From Octopus vulgaris (taxonomy: Eukaryota), in assembly GCA_951406725.2 (NCBI GenBank), contig OX597819.1:53878001-53942000 (forward strand): a stretch of 64,000 nt of DNA, written 5' to 3'. Below the pieces are notes generated by a model. It worked only from the letters and a program-made list of their open reading frames with translations, did not search any database and was not told the origin of the DNA. How positions within the stretch are numbered: the first letter of the stretch is position 1; every line of letters begins with the position of its first letter. Positions 22,776 to 35,890 of this stretch are shown here, piece after piece. The position numbers were made by a program, and so were the translations under genes.

Positions 22776-23886
22776 GAAAGAACTGTTGTTGTCATTATCA
22801 TCGTCATCGTCGTCATCATTGTCATCATTGTTGTTGTCTATCGTATTGAAAATTTGGGACTAAGTGCTGGAAATATTTAGGCTAACATGCTCCACATTAA
22901 AGGCCGCATGACTACATCCAGAAATGTTAATCAAATGCTTTATCCACTTAACTCCCTGTGTGTCACAAGTTTGATCATGCACGGCTGACAGAGATAATCT
23001 GCCTACAACGATAACAATAACAGCTGCAACAAAAACAACAACAACATACCAAGCACAAACTTCCTACAAATCATCAGAAAGTCTATGAATGTTCCTGTTA
23101 TTAATTACACCATTACATTTCAAATCGTTACTTGCCATGGACAAATGGCCATTAGAAATTCAAATTGCTTTCATCTATTTCTGCAATTTAATGCAGGATC
23201 CATTTATTTTAGTTGCCTGCAATGTCTTTTCTCTTATACTCAGTTTCATAGTACTGGTATAGCTTACTTTGTTTACTACTTCTAACCATCCAGCATCATC
23301 AGACACTTGCCCACAACCCACTGAAACATGTCCCCACTCGAATTCATGTTCACTCTCAGCTCTTCTTGATTCATGTGCTCTTCCAATGAGTTACTGTTTG
23401 TACAATGGTCAAATCCTTTATCATTCTGAACTGCCTATGTCTTGTTATCCTCCTTAACCTGTATCACCGACTTACTCACTGACACACAAGATATTAGTTA
23501 CCTTTCCATCACTACCCACTAATCCAGCCTTTATTCAACCATCAATGCCTGGATAAAGGTAAGATGTGGACGACAAGCTTCAGTTTTTCATTGATCAACT
23601 GAGCATCTGACTCATTAAATTTACCCTTTTGATATCGACCCACTTGAGACTACCCTTGGTTCTATGAAACAGACTTCCTATTTTAAATTGATCAAAATTA
23701 AAACCTTCCATCAAAATTTCATGTTAATTTATGTTTCAAATGCCAGCTTAATTATGGCAAAGTTATTTTACTAAATTCTTCCTTATTTTCAAAATTAATT
23801 GAAACAAATGCAGTGTATTTCACTAGAAATATAATAATAGAAGGATTATGTGGAACTGACAGAGTATTCCAAAGACATATGTACCT

Positions 23887-24116
23887 ATTTCTTTACTACC
23901 CACAAGGGGCTAAACATAAAGGGGACAAACAAGGACAGACAAACTAATTAAGTCGATTATATCGACTCCAACGCGTAACTGGTACTTATTTAATCGACCC
24001 CGAAAGGATGAAAGGCAAAGTCGACCTTGGCGGAATTTGAACTCAGAATGTAGCTGCAGACGAAATACCACTAAGCATTTTGCCCGGCATGCTAACATTT
24101 CTGCCATGTCACTGCC
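23887..24116 (-). mobile_element. SINE family A copy
   Basis: 20-bp TSD ttccaaagacatat(g/a)tacct (23867-23886 and 24117-24136). Confidence 0.85.
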
Positions 24117-24489
24117 TTCCAAAGACATATATACCTTAAAGTAATTCTCCAGCTAAATCAATGTAACACAGTATGTGACATAGCTGAACTTTTGAATTAC
24201 AGATACAATCCATTCAACATACTTTTACACAGTTTCCATCTACTTATTTTCACTCAGAAAGGTGAAGGCATGGGGTTTAGTGGTTAGGGGTATTGGCCTC
24301 ACAATTGTAAGTTTGTAAGTTCAATTCCCAGCATTGCATTAGGTCCTTAAGCAAGACACTTTATTTCACATTAATTCAGTCCACTTAGCTGGCTAAAATG
24401 AATAGTACCTGTATTTCAAAGGGCCAGCTTTGTCACATTCTGTGTCATGCTGAATCTCCCTGAGAACTAGATTAAGGGCACACATGTCT

Positions 24490-24879
24490 CTCTCTTTTTA
24501 CTCTTTACTCTTTTACTTGTTTCACTCATTTGACTGTGGCCATACTGGAGCACCACCTTTAGTTGAGCAAATCAACCCCAGGACTTATTCTTTGTAAGCC
24601 TAGTATTTATTCTATTGGTCTCTTTTGCCAAACCGCTAAGTTACAGGGACGTAAACACACTAGCATTGATTGTCAAGCGATGTTGGGGGGACAAACACAG
24701 ACACACAAACACACACACATATATACGATGGGCTTCTTTCAGTTTCTGTCTACCAAATCCACTCACAAGGCTTTAGTTGGCCCAAGGCTATAGTAGAAGA
24801 CACTTGCCCAAGGTGCCACGCAGTGGGACTGAACCTGGAACCATGTGGTTGGTAAGCAAGCTACTTACCAACACAGCCT
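24490..24879 (-). mobile_element. SINE family B copy nested in a family C SINE
   Basis: Reverse complement of family B with atgtct on both sides; the host SINE resumes at 24880. Confidence 0.8.
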
Positions 24880-25524
24880 ATGTCTGTGGAGTGTTAATTT
24901 CACAAGCAAGCTGTTCCAGTGATTGGATCAATCGGAGCCCTCATCATCATAACCAACAGAGCATGAGTTTTTTCTACTCACAAGGCTTGGATCAACTTGA
25001 GGCTTTGGTGAAGACATTTACCCAAAGTATCATGTGGAGCAAACTTCTCAACCACTCAACCATGCCAGTATCAACTCATTTAGATTGCTTTCTCTCTGAT
25101 TGTACCATTACAATGCATTCTGACATGGCCCTATTTCTAGTGTGCCTCAAATTTCAGTCAAGTCTGTTTCACTCTATCTTCTATACATTAATGACGTATT
25201 TTACTGCCACTTCTAATAACTCATTCCTATGCAGCTGATACCACCCTTAACTCCTTCTAAATAAACATTTAGCACATGGGTGTCATTCCTGTAAATCAAG
25301 CTGCCTCATTCCAAATCCGTTCTACTTTTACCAATAGGGATCTTGGAAATCTTCTTCTATAGAAAGATAGCAATCTAGTGCCCTTAAATAGCATAAAGAT
25401 GCACTCACTACACATCTCAAAGAAATGGTCTTTTACTTCAGCTTTTCTTTTCAAGAACAACAGAAAATGAGAACCCTTGGCATTGTTACAAATGCTAGGC
25501 CTCATAATATATGATGGGGACCTC

Positions 25525-25625
25525 GTATGTATGTATGTATGTATGTATGTATGTATGTATGTATGTATGTATGTATGTATGTATGTATGTATGTATGTAT
25601 GTATGTATGTATGTATGTATGTATG
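25525..25625. repeat. (ATGT)n microsatellite
   Basis: Visible directly. Confidence 0.95.
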
Positions 25626-25754
25626 CATGTACATATGTATACATACATACGTATATGATATATGCATCAAGTGTCTAGCCCTGGGTTGACCAAAGCCTTG
25701 TGAGTGGATTTAGTAGACAGAAATTGAAAGAAGCCTATTGTATGTGTGTATATC

Positions 25755-26305
25755 ACCATCATCATCGTTTAACATCTGCTTTCCATGCTGGCATGGGTTG
25801 GACGGTTTGACTGAAAACTGGCATGTCAGGAGGCTGCACCAGGCTCCAATCTGATCTGGCAAAGTTTCTACAGCTAGATGTCCTTCCTAATGCCAACCAC
25901 TCTGAGAGTGTAGTGGGTGCTTTTATGTGTCACTGGCATGGGGGCCAGTCAGGTGCTACTGGCATCAACCATGCTCGAATGGTGCTTTGTACGTGCCACC
26001 GGTGTGGGAGCCAGTCAGGCAGCACTGGCATCAACCACGTTCGTATGGTACTTTTTCTGTTCCACCGGCACCGGAGCCAGTCAGGTGGCACTGGCATCAG
26101 TCTTGCTTAAATGATGCTTTTTACATGCCACCAGCATGGGAGCCAGTCAGGCAGTACTGGCATCAGCCATGACAACGATTTCACTTGACTCAACAGGTCT
26201 TCTCAACCACAGCATATTGCCCAACGATTGAAGGGTACTCTTAAATGGGCTGGTTATGCGACACTGGCATTAGGCTTCGACTACGATCTCACTTGGCTTA
26301 CTGGG
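25755..26305 (-). mobile_element. SINE/LINE-tail family D with (GAT)n tail and internal ~63-bp tandem units
   Basis: catcatcgtttaac..tttccatgc..ggatg(t/c)ccttcctaatgccaaccac motif, with ~4 tandem units at 25925-26170. Other copies at ~14100-14680, 33738-33833, ~50806-50960 and 56131-56428. Confidence 0.7.
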
Positions 26306-26599
26306 TATATATAACAGTGTGTATGTGTGAGAGACTTTGTATTTGTCTTGTCTGCCACCACCACTTTACAATCAATAGAATAAGTACCAGGCTTAAGAAA
26401 AGAAGCTGAGTTGTAGAGTAGATTGGTTTAGCTGAAACCTTTCAAGAGAGTACCCCAGTATGGCTGTAGTCCAATGACTTAAAACAAGTAACAGAGGAGA
26501 AAAATAATAATATACATAGATACACACCTACACACATACACACATACTTTCGTATATACATACATATATGCACATGTACATATATACATACACACACAT

Positions 26600-26634
<35 letters not shown>

Positions 26635-26773
26635 TACATACATTTATACATACATGAATACATACTACATACACACACACATCTACACATATACCTTTAT
26701 ATATACGTACATACACATATACATGCATACACACTCATACATATATACATGCACACACACAAATACATACATG

Positions 26774-26810
<37 letters not shown>

Positions 26811-27679
26811 TATAATGAATTTGTCTACGTTTGGTACAGAGTGTGCTAGTCAGTGTATGTTCCATTGTTATCAAACAGGCATAGCTGAGTGGTTAAGAAG
26901 TTTGCCTCAGAACAATGTGATTAGGGGTCTAATACCCCCTGCATGAAATATATCAGTATTATGTCAGGGGGCATAACTTCTATACTATGGTGAAACTAGT
27001 GGAGAGAAACTGCTGGAAAAAGTGGATGATGATGACAACAATGATGATGATGAGGAAATGGAGGAAGAGGAGGAGGAGAAGGGGTGTGAAGCCTCATGAA
27101 TTAAAAATACCTTACTTCATAAAGAAGGGTTGGCAGTAGGAAGAGCATCAAGCCATAGAACACTGCCTCAATATGTTTCATCCAACTCCCATACAAGCAT
27201 GGAAAAGCAGACATGATGATGATGATGGTGTTGCTGGTGATGAATATGGTGGTGATAGTGATGGTGATGCTGGTAGTAATGCTGGTGGTGATGCTGGTGG
27301 TTGTGGTGGTGGTGGTGGTTTGGTGATGGAAGCCATGGTAGCAGCGTCATTGATGGTGACGACAGTGACAGTGTTGGCAGGGATGTCAGACTTTCATAAT
27401 ACACTTGAATCCTGTTCACCAATGCAATCTACTCCTCTGCATGGACCCTTTATGGATACAGACAAATGGATTATCAGCAAACAGGTCGTAGATGTATGAT
27501 GAAAGACTTTGATATTCTAACAAATATGATAGCAATGAATATAATGTGGCATTTGTGTGTTTTAATTAGACATCATGACCATTCCATGATAGATTTGTTT
27601 CAATACATGACCTCAGTTGTTTGACAAACAATAACAGTTCTAAACAATGTTTATGTTTTACTAAAGTAAGTTTGGGAGC

Positions 27680-28524
27680 CGTGCTGGATTAACCATTAAG
27701 CAAAATAAGCATGTGCTTAGGGCATCAAGGGAAGTAGGGTGTACCACAGAAACAGTAAAAGAGCGGCAAGCTGGCAGAAACGTTAGCATGTCAGGCGAAA
27801 TGCTTAGTGGTATTTCGTCTGCCGTTACGTTCTGAGCTCAAATACCACCAAGGTTGACTTTGCCTTTCATCCTTTCGGGGTTGATAAATTAAGTACCAGT
27901 TACACACTGGGGTCAATATAATCGACTTAATCCGTTTGTGTGTCCTTGTTTGTCCTCACTGTGTTTAGCCCCTTGTGGGTAGTAAAGAAATAGGTATTTC
28001 GTCTGTCTTGACATTCTAAGTTCAAATTCTGCCGAGGTCGACTTTGCCTTTCATTCTTTCGGGGTCGATAAATTAAGTGCCAGTTATGCACTGGGGTCGA
28101 TGTAATCGACTTAATCCCTTTGTCTGTCCTTGTTTGTCCCCTCTATATATTAGCCCCTTGTGGGCAATAAAGAAATAAGAAACAGTATATGGTTTACAGC
28201 ACAAAAGAAATCACTTTAAACTTGCTAAAATAATATTCAAAGTGGTTTATATGATTGGAAACATAGTTTTGAAGTGTTAATGGTACTATAGCGAGGATCT
28301 AATCAAAGACTTTGCAACTGAAAAAAGGAGGAGAAAACTTTTCAAATATAAATAAAGTATACAAAAATAAACATCATTTTTCTTCTTACTGTTAGTTTCA
28401 TTTAATTTTATAAAATCAAAATTTATTTTATGGTTTATTATTGTCTGGATTTTGAATTACATGTATATGGGGGCACCAAAATCTTTTAAGTACCTCAGGC
28501 TTTTGTGGGTTTTAATCCATCCTC
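27680..28524 (+). mobile_element. Deleted hAT-family DNA transposon interrupted by a SINE dimer
   Basis: Degenerate TIRs gtgctggattaa / ttaatccatcct. A remnant at ~28293-28343 encodes EDLIKDFATEKRRRKLF, resembling a hAT transposase C-terminus. Confidence 0.55.
27758..28177 (+). mobile_element. SINE family A head-to-tail dimer
   Basis: Two tandem bodies (~27761-27990 and 27991-28177) inside one 10-bp TSD agaaacagta (27748-27757 and 28178-28187). Confidence 0.85.
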
Positions 28525-30619
28525 ATCTAGAAGAAATAACTTAGAGTGGCCAGTGGCATGTATTTGAACCATATAGACTGATACAGATATATTAAATACC
28601 ACACAGCACTAATTATCTCTACCTGTAGTGCATGTTTCTTAATTACCACTGGTAGCTAAGACCAGCTCTATATCAGAAGGAAAGATCATCTCAAGAATTG
28701 AGAATTCTCCAAAGGTTTGACAGTTGTCATATTGACATTTACCAAGGAAGAAACACATGTCCATGACTGTCCTATTGTCTCCTGAAGATAAGCCTGTCCT
28801 TTTCTTTAATGGCATGTCAACTTTGATGAAATCCTTGATTCTTGATGTTATCTGCTCCTCTCATACAAAGCTGTTCTTGTTTACCATTTAATAACCATAT
28901 TACAATTAAGAACATTGATAACTATTTGAGATTTTAGATAAAAAGTATTTATGATTTTTGTAATAAATATTAAAAAAAAGTATTATCATTACTACAACTG
29001 ACAAAACATCAAGAGTTGGAAATTATTGTTTTTGGATTGGCATGGTTGTAACAGTAGTCAAAATGTTAACTGGTCATTGTGTGTTGCTGTTGCCGTTCAT
29101 CCATTGTGGTTAACTTCTGGTTATGCTGCTGTCTTCTGATATCTCTCATTCTCTGTATGTTCATTGCTTTTATGTTGATCCAGCACTTGGATCAGCTGCC
29201 ATCCAACATTTGTTGTCAATGGGGTTTGCTGCGTTAAATATATAGAGGTGATTTGGCTCTAACAGAAGCATGCCAAAAATGAAAGTGCTGTTTGTTGGAG
29301 CCAACTTCACATAAGCCTTGTCGGGTCAGAGTTTTCATATGATGTAGGTAGTATTCTAGCAATTACCTATGTAAATGATCTGATTGCTAAATATTCCTGC
29401 TACATCCATGATATATATTCTACAAGCAGAAATAATTTTAAAACATCAAGAACTTGTATTGTATGGTATTTGATATACCTGTATTTGTGTATGTTTTTTT
29501 ATATCTTGTGTTTTGGCTTCTATATGGTTCATATTCCAGCTGCTGCCACTGTGTTGCAGTAACCAAGGCAAAGGACATTACCTGTAATCAAAATAACTGA
29601 AAATAGATTGAGTGGTTAGCAATAAAAAGGGCATTCACCCTCACTTATTATCATAATTATTTCTTAATGGCAAAAAGCTGTAGAGCAAGAAATAAGTTCC
29701 TGTTAAATGAACACTTCCAGCTGCTTTGTTTGATTCTTGGCTGAAACCAATTCAGTTTAGTCATGCCAACTGATGCCCTTGAGAAATATATAAATGTCAC
29801 ATCACACAACAAACCAAGAAACAATCTTCTATGAAGTTGCTTGATTTGTTAGAAATAGCAGCCAAATCTCTTACAAGCCACACCCTACCTGCAATACACT
29901 GAGACGCACTACATCTGGGGGGAAAAAAAGGACAGCTTGATCACATGACTAGAATCATTGTGATTCTTTGAGTTAAACAACAACAATAAAATGTTACACA
30001 AATGTGACCTTCTCTCTAAGTTAGTTAACTGTGGAGGAATATTTTGAATGAAAAATAAGAGGCAAATCTTATGGAGTACCTAACTTACTACTCTTCCATT
30101 TTTTTTTAACAAACTCATCCTTTCAACTGACTTTACTAATACAAAGTATTTAAACTGGCCAGATTTGACCCAAATATTCTAGCTGCTTTGTGTTAAAATT
30201 GGCCAGATCCAGCTTCTCACACTTAACCTACTATGTCATTCTAATAAACAATCACATCGTTGAAATCTCAAAACTACAAGGTAATGCATGATAAATTCAA
30301 AACAATGTTAATAAATAAGCATTACATTTGATGGAGTAATCTGAATGCTAAAGGGTTAAAATGTACAGATAATATTATTTACTGATACATTTCACTCAGA
30401 CTGGGTAAGATTTTATGTAAATTCCCAAGAGAAAAATAAAAAAATTACTTCATTCCCTTCTACTCTACTCATCCTGGTAACTACAGACCATCTACAAAGA
30501 TCAGCTGAGACCTTCACTAAAGTCCTGTCCGTGTGTATTTTGAGAGAGTGCTGTTGCTACATACACATGCATGCACACACACACACACACACACACGCGT
30601 GCGCATGCACACACACACA

Positions 30620-30670
<51 letters not shown>

Positions 30671-31099
30671 GACCAGATCTAGAGCAAGGTCATTTGATAG
30701 ATTGGCATTGCTGATGATGACTTAAGATGTGGTTGAACAACCAATCCCAACAAGTCAGGTTTCAGAGTGTGGCTGCTACTATTCATCCTTTCAATCACCA
30801 AATACAAAACATGGCTCATGAGGCCTCTATTCAGGTGACTTTCCTAAGTGACCATCTCACCCTTGCATCACAAGGTTAGCTGAGCAGACTGGAGCAATTT
30901 GAAATGAAATGTTTTGCTCAAGAACACAATCCACAATCATGAGTGCAACACCAGAAGCACCAGGCCATGCACCTTCACATTAAATCTCTCACATATGGTT
31001 CAACTTGTGGCCTATAGTTGTATTGTCATTATCTCTCTCCCTCTTTTCTACCCTCTTCTACACTGGATACTGGTCACATGATGTCTCAACTCAGGTGCA

Positions 31100-31216
<117 letters not shown>

Positions 31217-31639
31217 TTCATCCCTTTAATCCTGTACTATCTATCCCTCTACCCATTGGTCTTGCCTCTCCAGAACATTATCCTGCTAGAATTCACTCTC
31301 TATTCATTTTTTTTCTTCTTATGGAATATTAATGGCATCAATCTCACCAGTCTTTGAGGCTTTGCAAAGGCCATGGGCACAACTTCTTCCTCCAGACACA
31401 TGCTTAGCTGTTACATACCATTTAAACATTGGGGTCAGTGTGATTGACTTACTCACTCCCCTGAAATCACTGGCCTTGTGCCAACATTTGAAATCCAGTG
31501 TATCAGTTGTGTGAGCCTTATCTCTGGTCTCAAGTCCTGTCAAATTTGTTTTGATCAGTGGTCTGTCCTGGAAGTGTCTGACTAGTGCTGGTGCATGCAT
31601 ATACAGCTGCGTGCATGTGCACATACATGCAAGTACTGT

Positions 31640-31920
31640 CCAAATCTCCGACCAATCACATACAGCTAGCTGGCATTCAATTGGCGTATCAAGTTTCAGG
31701 CATTTTGATTGGGTTTTGGATGGAAAATTCACAAAAAAGTCACTTCTATTGATTTTTTAATGGCTTTGCGGGGTGACTGGGGAAATGTAAAGATGTGCAC
31801 GACCACCCTTGGACGGTTTTGAATGACCATAGAAAGTGCGAGCCTTCTAACTGAAAAATTGTGGATTTGTATAAAGGACACACACACAGACAGACATTTT
31901 GCCGTTTATATATAGAGAGA
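31640..31920 (+). mobile_element. Possible Helitron/DINE-like non-autonomous element end (similar end at ~20990-21110)
   Basis: Ends acacacacagacagacattttgccgtttatatatagagaga. The short repeat plus tatatag terminus is typical of such elements; boundaries are approximate. Confidence 0.35.
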
Positions 31921-32410
31921 TAATGGCTAAGACATTGCAACAGAAATGCCCAAACAACCTCCAAACAAGATTATGGGAGCTAATCAATGAATTATGTTTG
32001 ACTTGGGGTTGGTTGGTTGAGAACAATGGGAGACAGAAAATCATACAATGGATAGATTTAAGCAATGGTCGTACAGAGTTGGTAAGTTAAGTGCCCAGTC
32101 AAAAGGAGAAATTATAATAAATATATTATTTCAATGTATTTTTTTTTATTTGATATTTTCAGTTGGTTATAGGTGTTCTCTTTAAAGAAAAAAAGCAAAA
32201 GAAAAGAAATTGATCAACAAAAGATTATTGGAAGCTTTCCACTTAAATCCGACAAAACTCTGTGTTCATATGTTGGTTGGTCTGACTGATTTTATACCCA
32301 TCTTGTTGTGTAATTTATATATATATATAGCATATTTATAATATATATATTATATATATGTTATATACATATATAACATACATATAATACACACACAAAT
32401 ACATATATAC

Positions 32411-32485
<75 letters not shown>

Positions 32486-32597
32486 TGTGTGTTTAAGCTA
32501 TGTTTGCTGGCCCTGCTGGCTGATGAGCTGCCAATGTATTCTGTCCACTCAGCCTATAAGCTACATGTCTGAACATGTTTCTTCCTCTTCATCACCA

Positions 32598-32656
<59 letters not shown>

Positions 32657-32974
32657 TCTCGCACATATTCTAGCTACAGTTCATTAAGCTCGCAGTCATG
32701 TACTCAAGATTAACAATTGAATTATGCTTAATCTACCAGCCTTTGGTGATAGTCACAGAGGTTCTCACCTCACATGGAACATTGTTTTATAAGCAACAAA
32801 TCTTAACAAACCAATCAATGCCTCCTTAATATAGTTGTAGGATGCATTATATAATACAGAGAAGATGCCAGTATTATATACTTTGTATTTGCTACAACAT
32901 CCTACAGTTATAAATACTACAGTGATAATCATGTGTATATATATGAGTGTATGCTTCAGATATTATACTGGTAC

Positions 32975-33290
32975 TATGGTTCAGTTGTTAGAGTATTCAG
33001 CTCACAATAGTAAGGTTGTGAGTTCAGTTTCTGGTGGGGCATTGTGTTCTTGAATAAAACTCTTTATTTCACATTGCTCCAGTCCACCTAGCTGTCAAAA
33101 ATGAATTGTATCTGTATTTCAAAGGGCCAGCCTTGTCACATTCTGTGTCATGCTGAGTCTCCCTGAGAACTACATTAAGGGTATGTGTATCTGTGGAGTG
33201 CTCAGCTATTTGCATGTTAATTTCACAAGCAGACTGTTCTGTTGATCGGATTGACTGGAACCCTTGTCATCATAACCGACAGTGCCATTA
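32975..33290 (+). mobile_element. SINE family C (tRNA head plus ..tttatttcacattgctccagtccac.. core); related heads at ~3885, ~6100, ~19792 and ~24265
   Basis: Shared tggtt...gtgagttca head and core; the tail tcaaagggccagccttgtcac recurs at ~24415 and, inverted, at ~55820. Confidence 0.65.
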
Positions 33291-33917
33291 TTAGAACATT
33301 ATGATATATTATATATATTTCTGTGTGTCAGTGTGTCACACTTTGGCATCCCCTTCTCTCACTATTCAATGACATTTCTACTATTCCTCGTGCTGGGCAT
33401 AGAGACGGTGAGGGCAGTGGCAAAGAGAGTGAGGAGAGTTAGAAAGAGTAAGAAAGAGAGGGAGAGAAAGAGGGGAGAGTTGGTGATGTTTTAATAAAAG
33501 TAAGTTGTGTTGCTAGTGGCAGTGGAAATAATAATAAGAGAGAGAGAAAGAGGGAGATGATGGACAACTTTGTTTAACCATATCTCTTTGACAGAAATTC
33601 CTGTGGCTAACATACTGAACACTGAACCAAAATATTGAACCAACATATTGAATACCTTTGCACACATATTTAGCCTTTTGCTTTTATCATTTTTGTTTTA
33701 TTTTTTGTTTTCTTTAATATATATATATATATATATTGGAGCCTGGTGCAGCCATCTGGTTCGCCAGTCCTCAGTCAAATCATCCGACCCATGCTAACAT
33801 GGAAAGCGGACATTAAACGATGATGATGATGATGAAATATACACAGACACACACACACTTTTATATTGTTGAATAGTATATTTTTGGTTATGGCATACAT
33901 ACATTTATACACAACAC

Positions 33918-34046
33918 ATACATACATACATACATACATACATACATACATACATACATACATACATACATACATACATACATACATACATACATACATA
34001 CATACATACATACATGCATGCATGCATGCATGCATGCATGCATGCA
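33918..34046. repeat. (TACA)n-(TGCA)n compound microsatellite
   Basis: Visible directly. Confidence 0.95.
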
Positions 34047-34254
34047 TGGCTGAAAGTTGTACAAGAAGCAAAAAACAAGACAGACTCATGAGGGAACAAC
34101 AAACAAGGTGTATTAGTTTGACACTCAGGAAAAATAGAAAAGTCTTTAATTTTTAAGCCTATGCCCTTGTACAGAAAAGAATAAGGAAAGAAAACAATAG
34201 AGAGAGGAAAAACATGTCTGGATATACTAATATATATATATATATATATATATA

Positions 34255-35477
34255 TTGGGTTATTCCATAAATAATACTATTTGCATCAACTTGCTATAAA
34301 AGCAGGTAGTAATTTTACCTTGTACTTATTCTTAGTGCAAGTTTTGAAGAGTGCAGTTCGATTTTAATAGTTTTTTTCTTTTCAAAGCTATAATAGAAGT
34401 GACAAAGGAGCATATTCGGCATGTTTTGCTTTATGAGTTCAATAAAAGCAACAAGGCAACAGAAAATACGAGGAATATTAATGCAGTATATGGGGATCAG
34501 ACAATAAGTGTAAACCAGTGTCAATGGTGGTTCCAGAAATTCCGAGTCGGAATCTACAGCCTAGAAGACGAACCTTGTCCTGGAAGATCTGTAGAGCTCA
34601 ATGAGGACATCCTGCAAACCCTGGTGAAACAAAATCTCATTGTATCTGTTGAGGAACTAGTAAAGATGCTTCGATTTGGTCATTCAACCATTCATTGACA
34701 CCTGCATGCCATCAGAAAAGTTAGCAAATTGGGTCAATGGGTTCCTCACAAACATTCTGAGTTTAATCACGCACAGAGAATGAATGTATGCGCTTCTTTG
34801 CTGTCACGCTTCAAAAATAGACCCTTTTTCGTGACCAAATAGTGACTGGTGATGAGAAATGGGTTCTCTATAAAAATGTCAAACACCAAAAACAGTGAGT
34901 AGGGAAAGGAGAAACACTGGCACCCTAGGCTAAAGAAGGTCTTCAACCACATAAGGTATTGTTATCTGTTTGTTGGGATATGAAAGGTTTAGTCCACTTT
35001 GAACTTTTAAACCCAAACCAAACGATAACAAAGGAGATCTACTGTGAGCAGCTTAAGTCAGCGCTAGAAGGAAAATGACCATTTTTGGTTCCAAGACAAA
35101 AGGTGTTCTTTCATCAGAATAATGCTCAGCCACATACAATGAGGATGACATTCCAAAGGCTGGAGCAGTTTGAATAAGAAATGATGCCCCACCCATCATA
35201 TTCGCCAGACATTGCCCCCTCTGATTATAATTTATTCTGCAGTCTTCAATATCATAGGACAGAAAAAATATGAATTCTGTAGATGAGGTCAGAACAGTAC
35301 TGGAAGTGTATTTTTCATCACAGACAAGGGAATTTTGGAAGAGGGGCCCTTTCAAGTCTACCAGATAGATGGATGAGCATTGTCGAAAATGAAGGATTAA
35401 AAAAGAACTTTATTTATCTTAATTTTGAAAAATAAAAGAAATATAAAAAAACCTACATTATTTATGGGATAACCCAA
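34255..35477 (+). mobile_element. Full-length mariner (second subfamily, TTGGGTT ends); transposase pseudogene
   Basis: 21-bp TIRs ttgggttattccataaataat / attatttatgggataacccaa (1 mismatch) with TA flanks, at the end of a (TA)n run. Motifs HIRHVLLYEF, LEDEPCPGR, WVPHK, VTGDEKW and YSPDIAPSDY, with stops and frameshifts. Confidence 0.92.
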
Positions 35478-35639
35478 TATTTATATATTGTAGTATATCA
35501 CATGTATTATGTTGGTGATTATATATTGGACTTTGAAGTTTGCATCCAGTCTTGTATCCATCCTCTCATCTACCTATACATCCATGGAATTATTGCAGAC
35601 ACCCAATGTTTTGATCAGCTGGGCAATCAGCCATTCATT

Positions 35640-35890
35640 TAGTTATCCAACCAACCAGCTACTCAGCCAGCCAACCAGCCAGTTAACCAGCCAACCGTTT
35701 ACCCATTCAATCATCAAATAACAATCAGCCTACATAATCATGCAATCAGTAAACACTCTGTCACCTAACCATCCACTCAACCATCCATCCAGCCATCCAG
35801 TCAGCCAGCCAGCCAACCAGTCAGCCATCCAGCCAGCAGTGTAATCATCAAGCTATCCTGCTATCCAACCATCCATCAAAGCAGTCAGGC
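35640..35890. repeat. Degenerate (CAGC/CAAC/CATC)n tetranucleotide tract
   Basis: Visible directly. Confidence 0.8.

Noticed and set aside
25925-26170. CRISPR-like array
   Set aside because: The context is eukaryotic, the units are contiguous tandem repeats without unique spacers, and there are no cas genes.
29559-29572. X-box (RFX)-like motif gtaaccaaggcaaa as a FoxJ1 enhancer
   Set aside because: It is an imperfect single match, expected by chance in 40 kb without conservation data.
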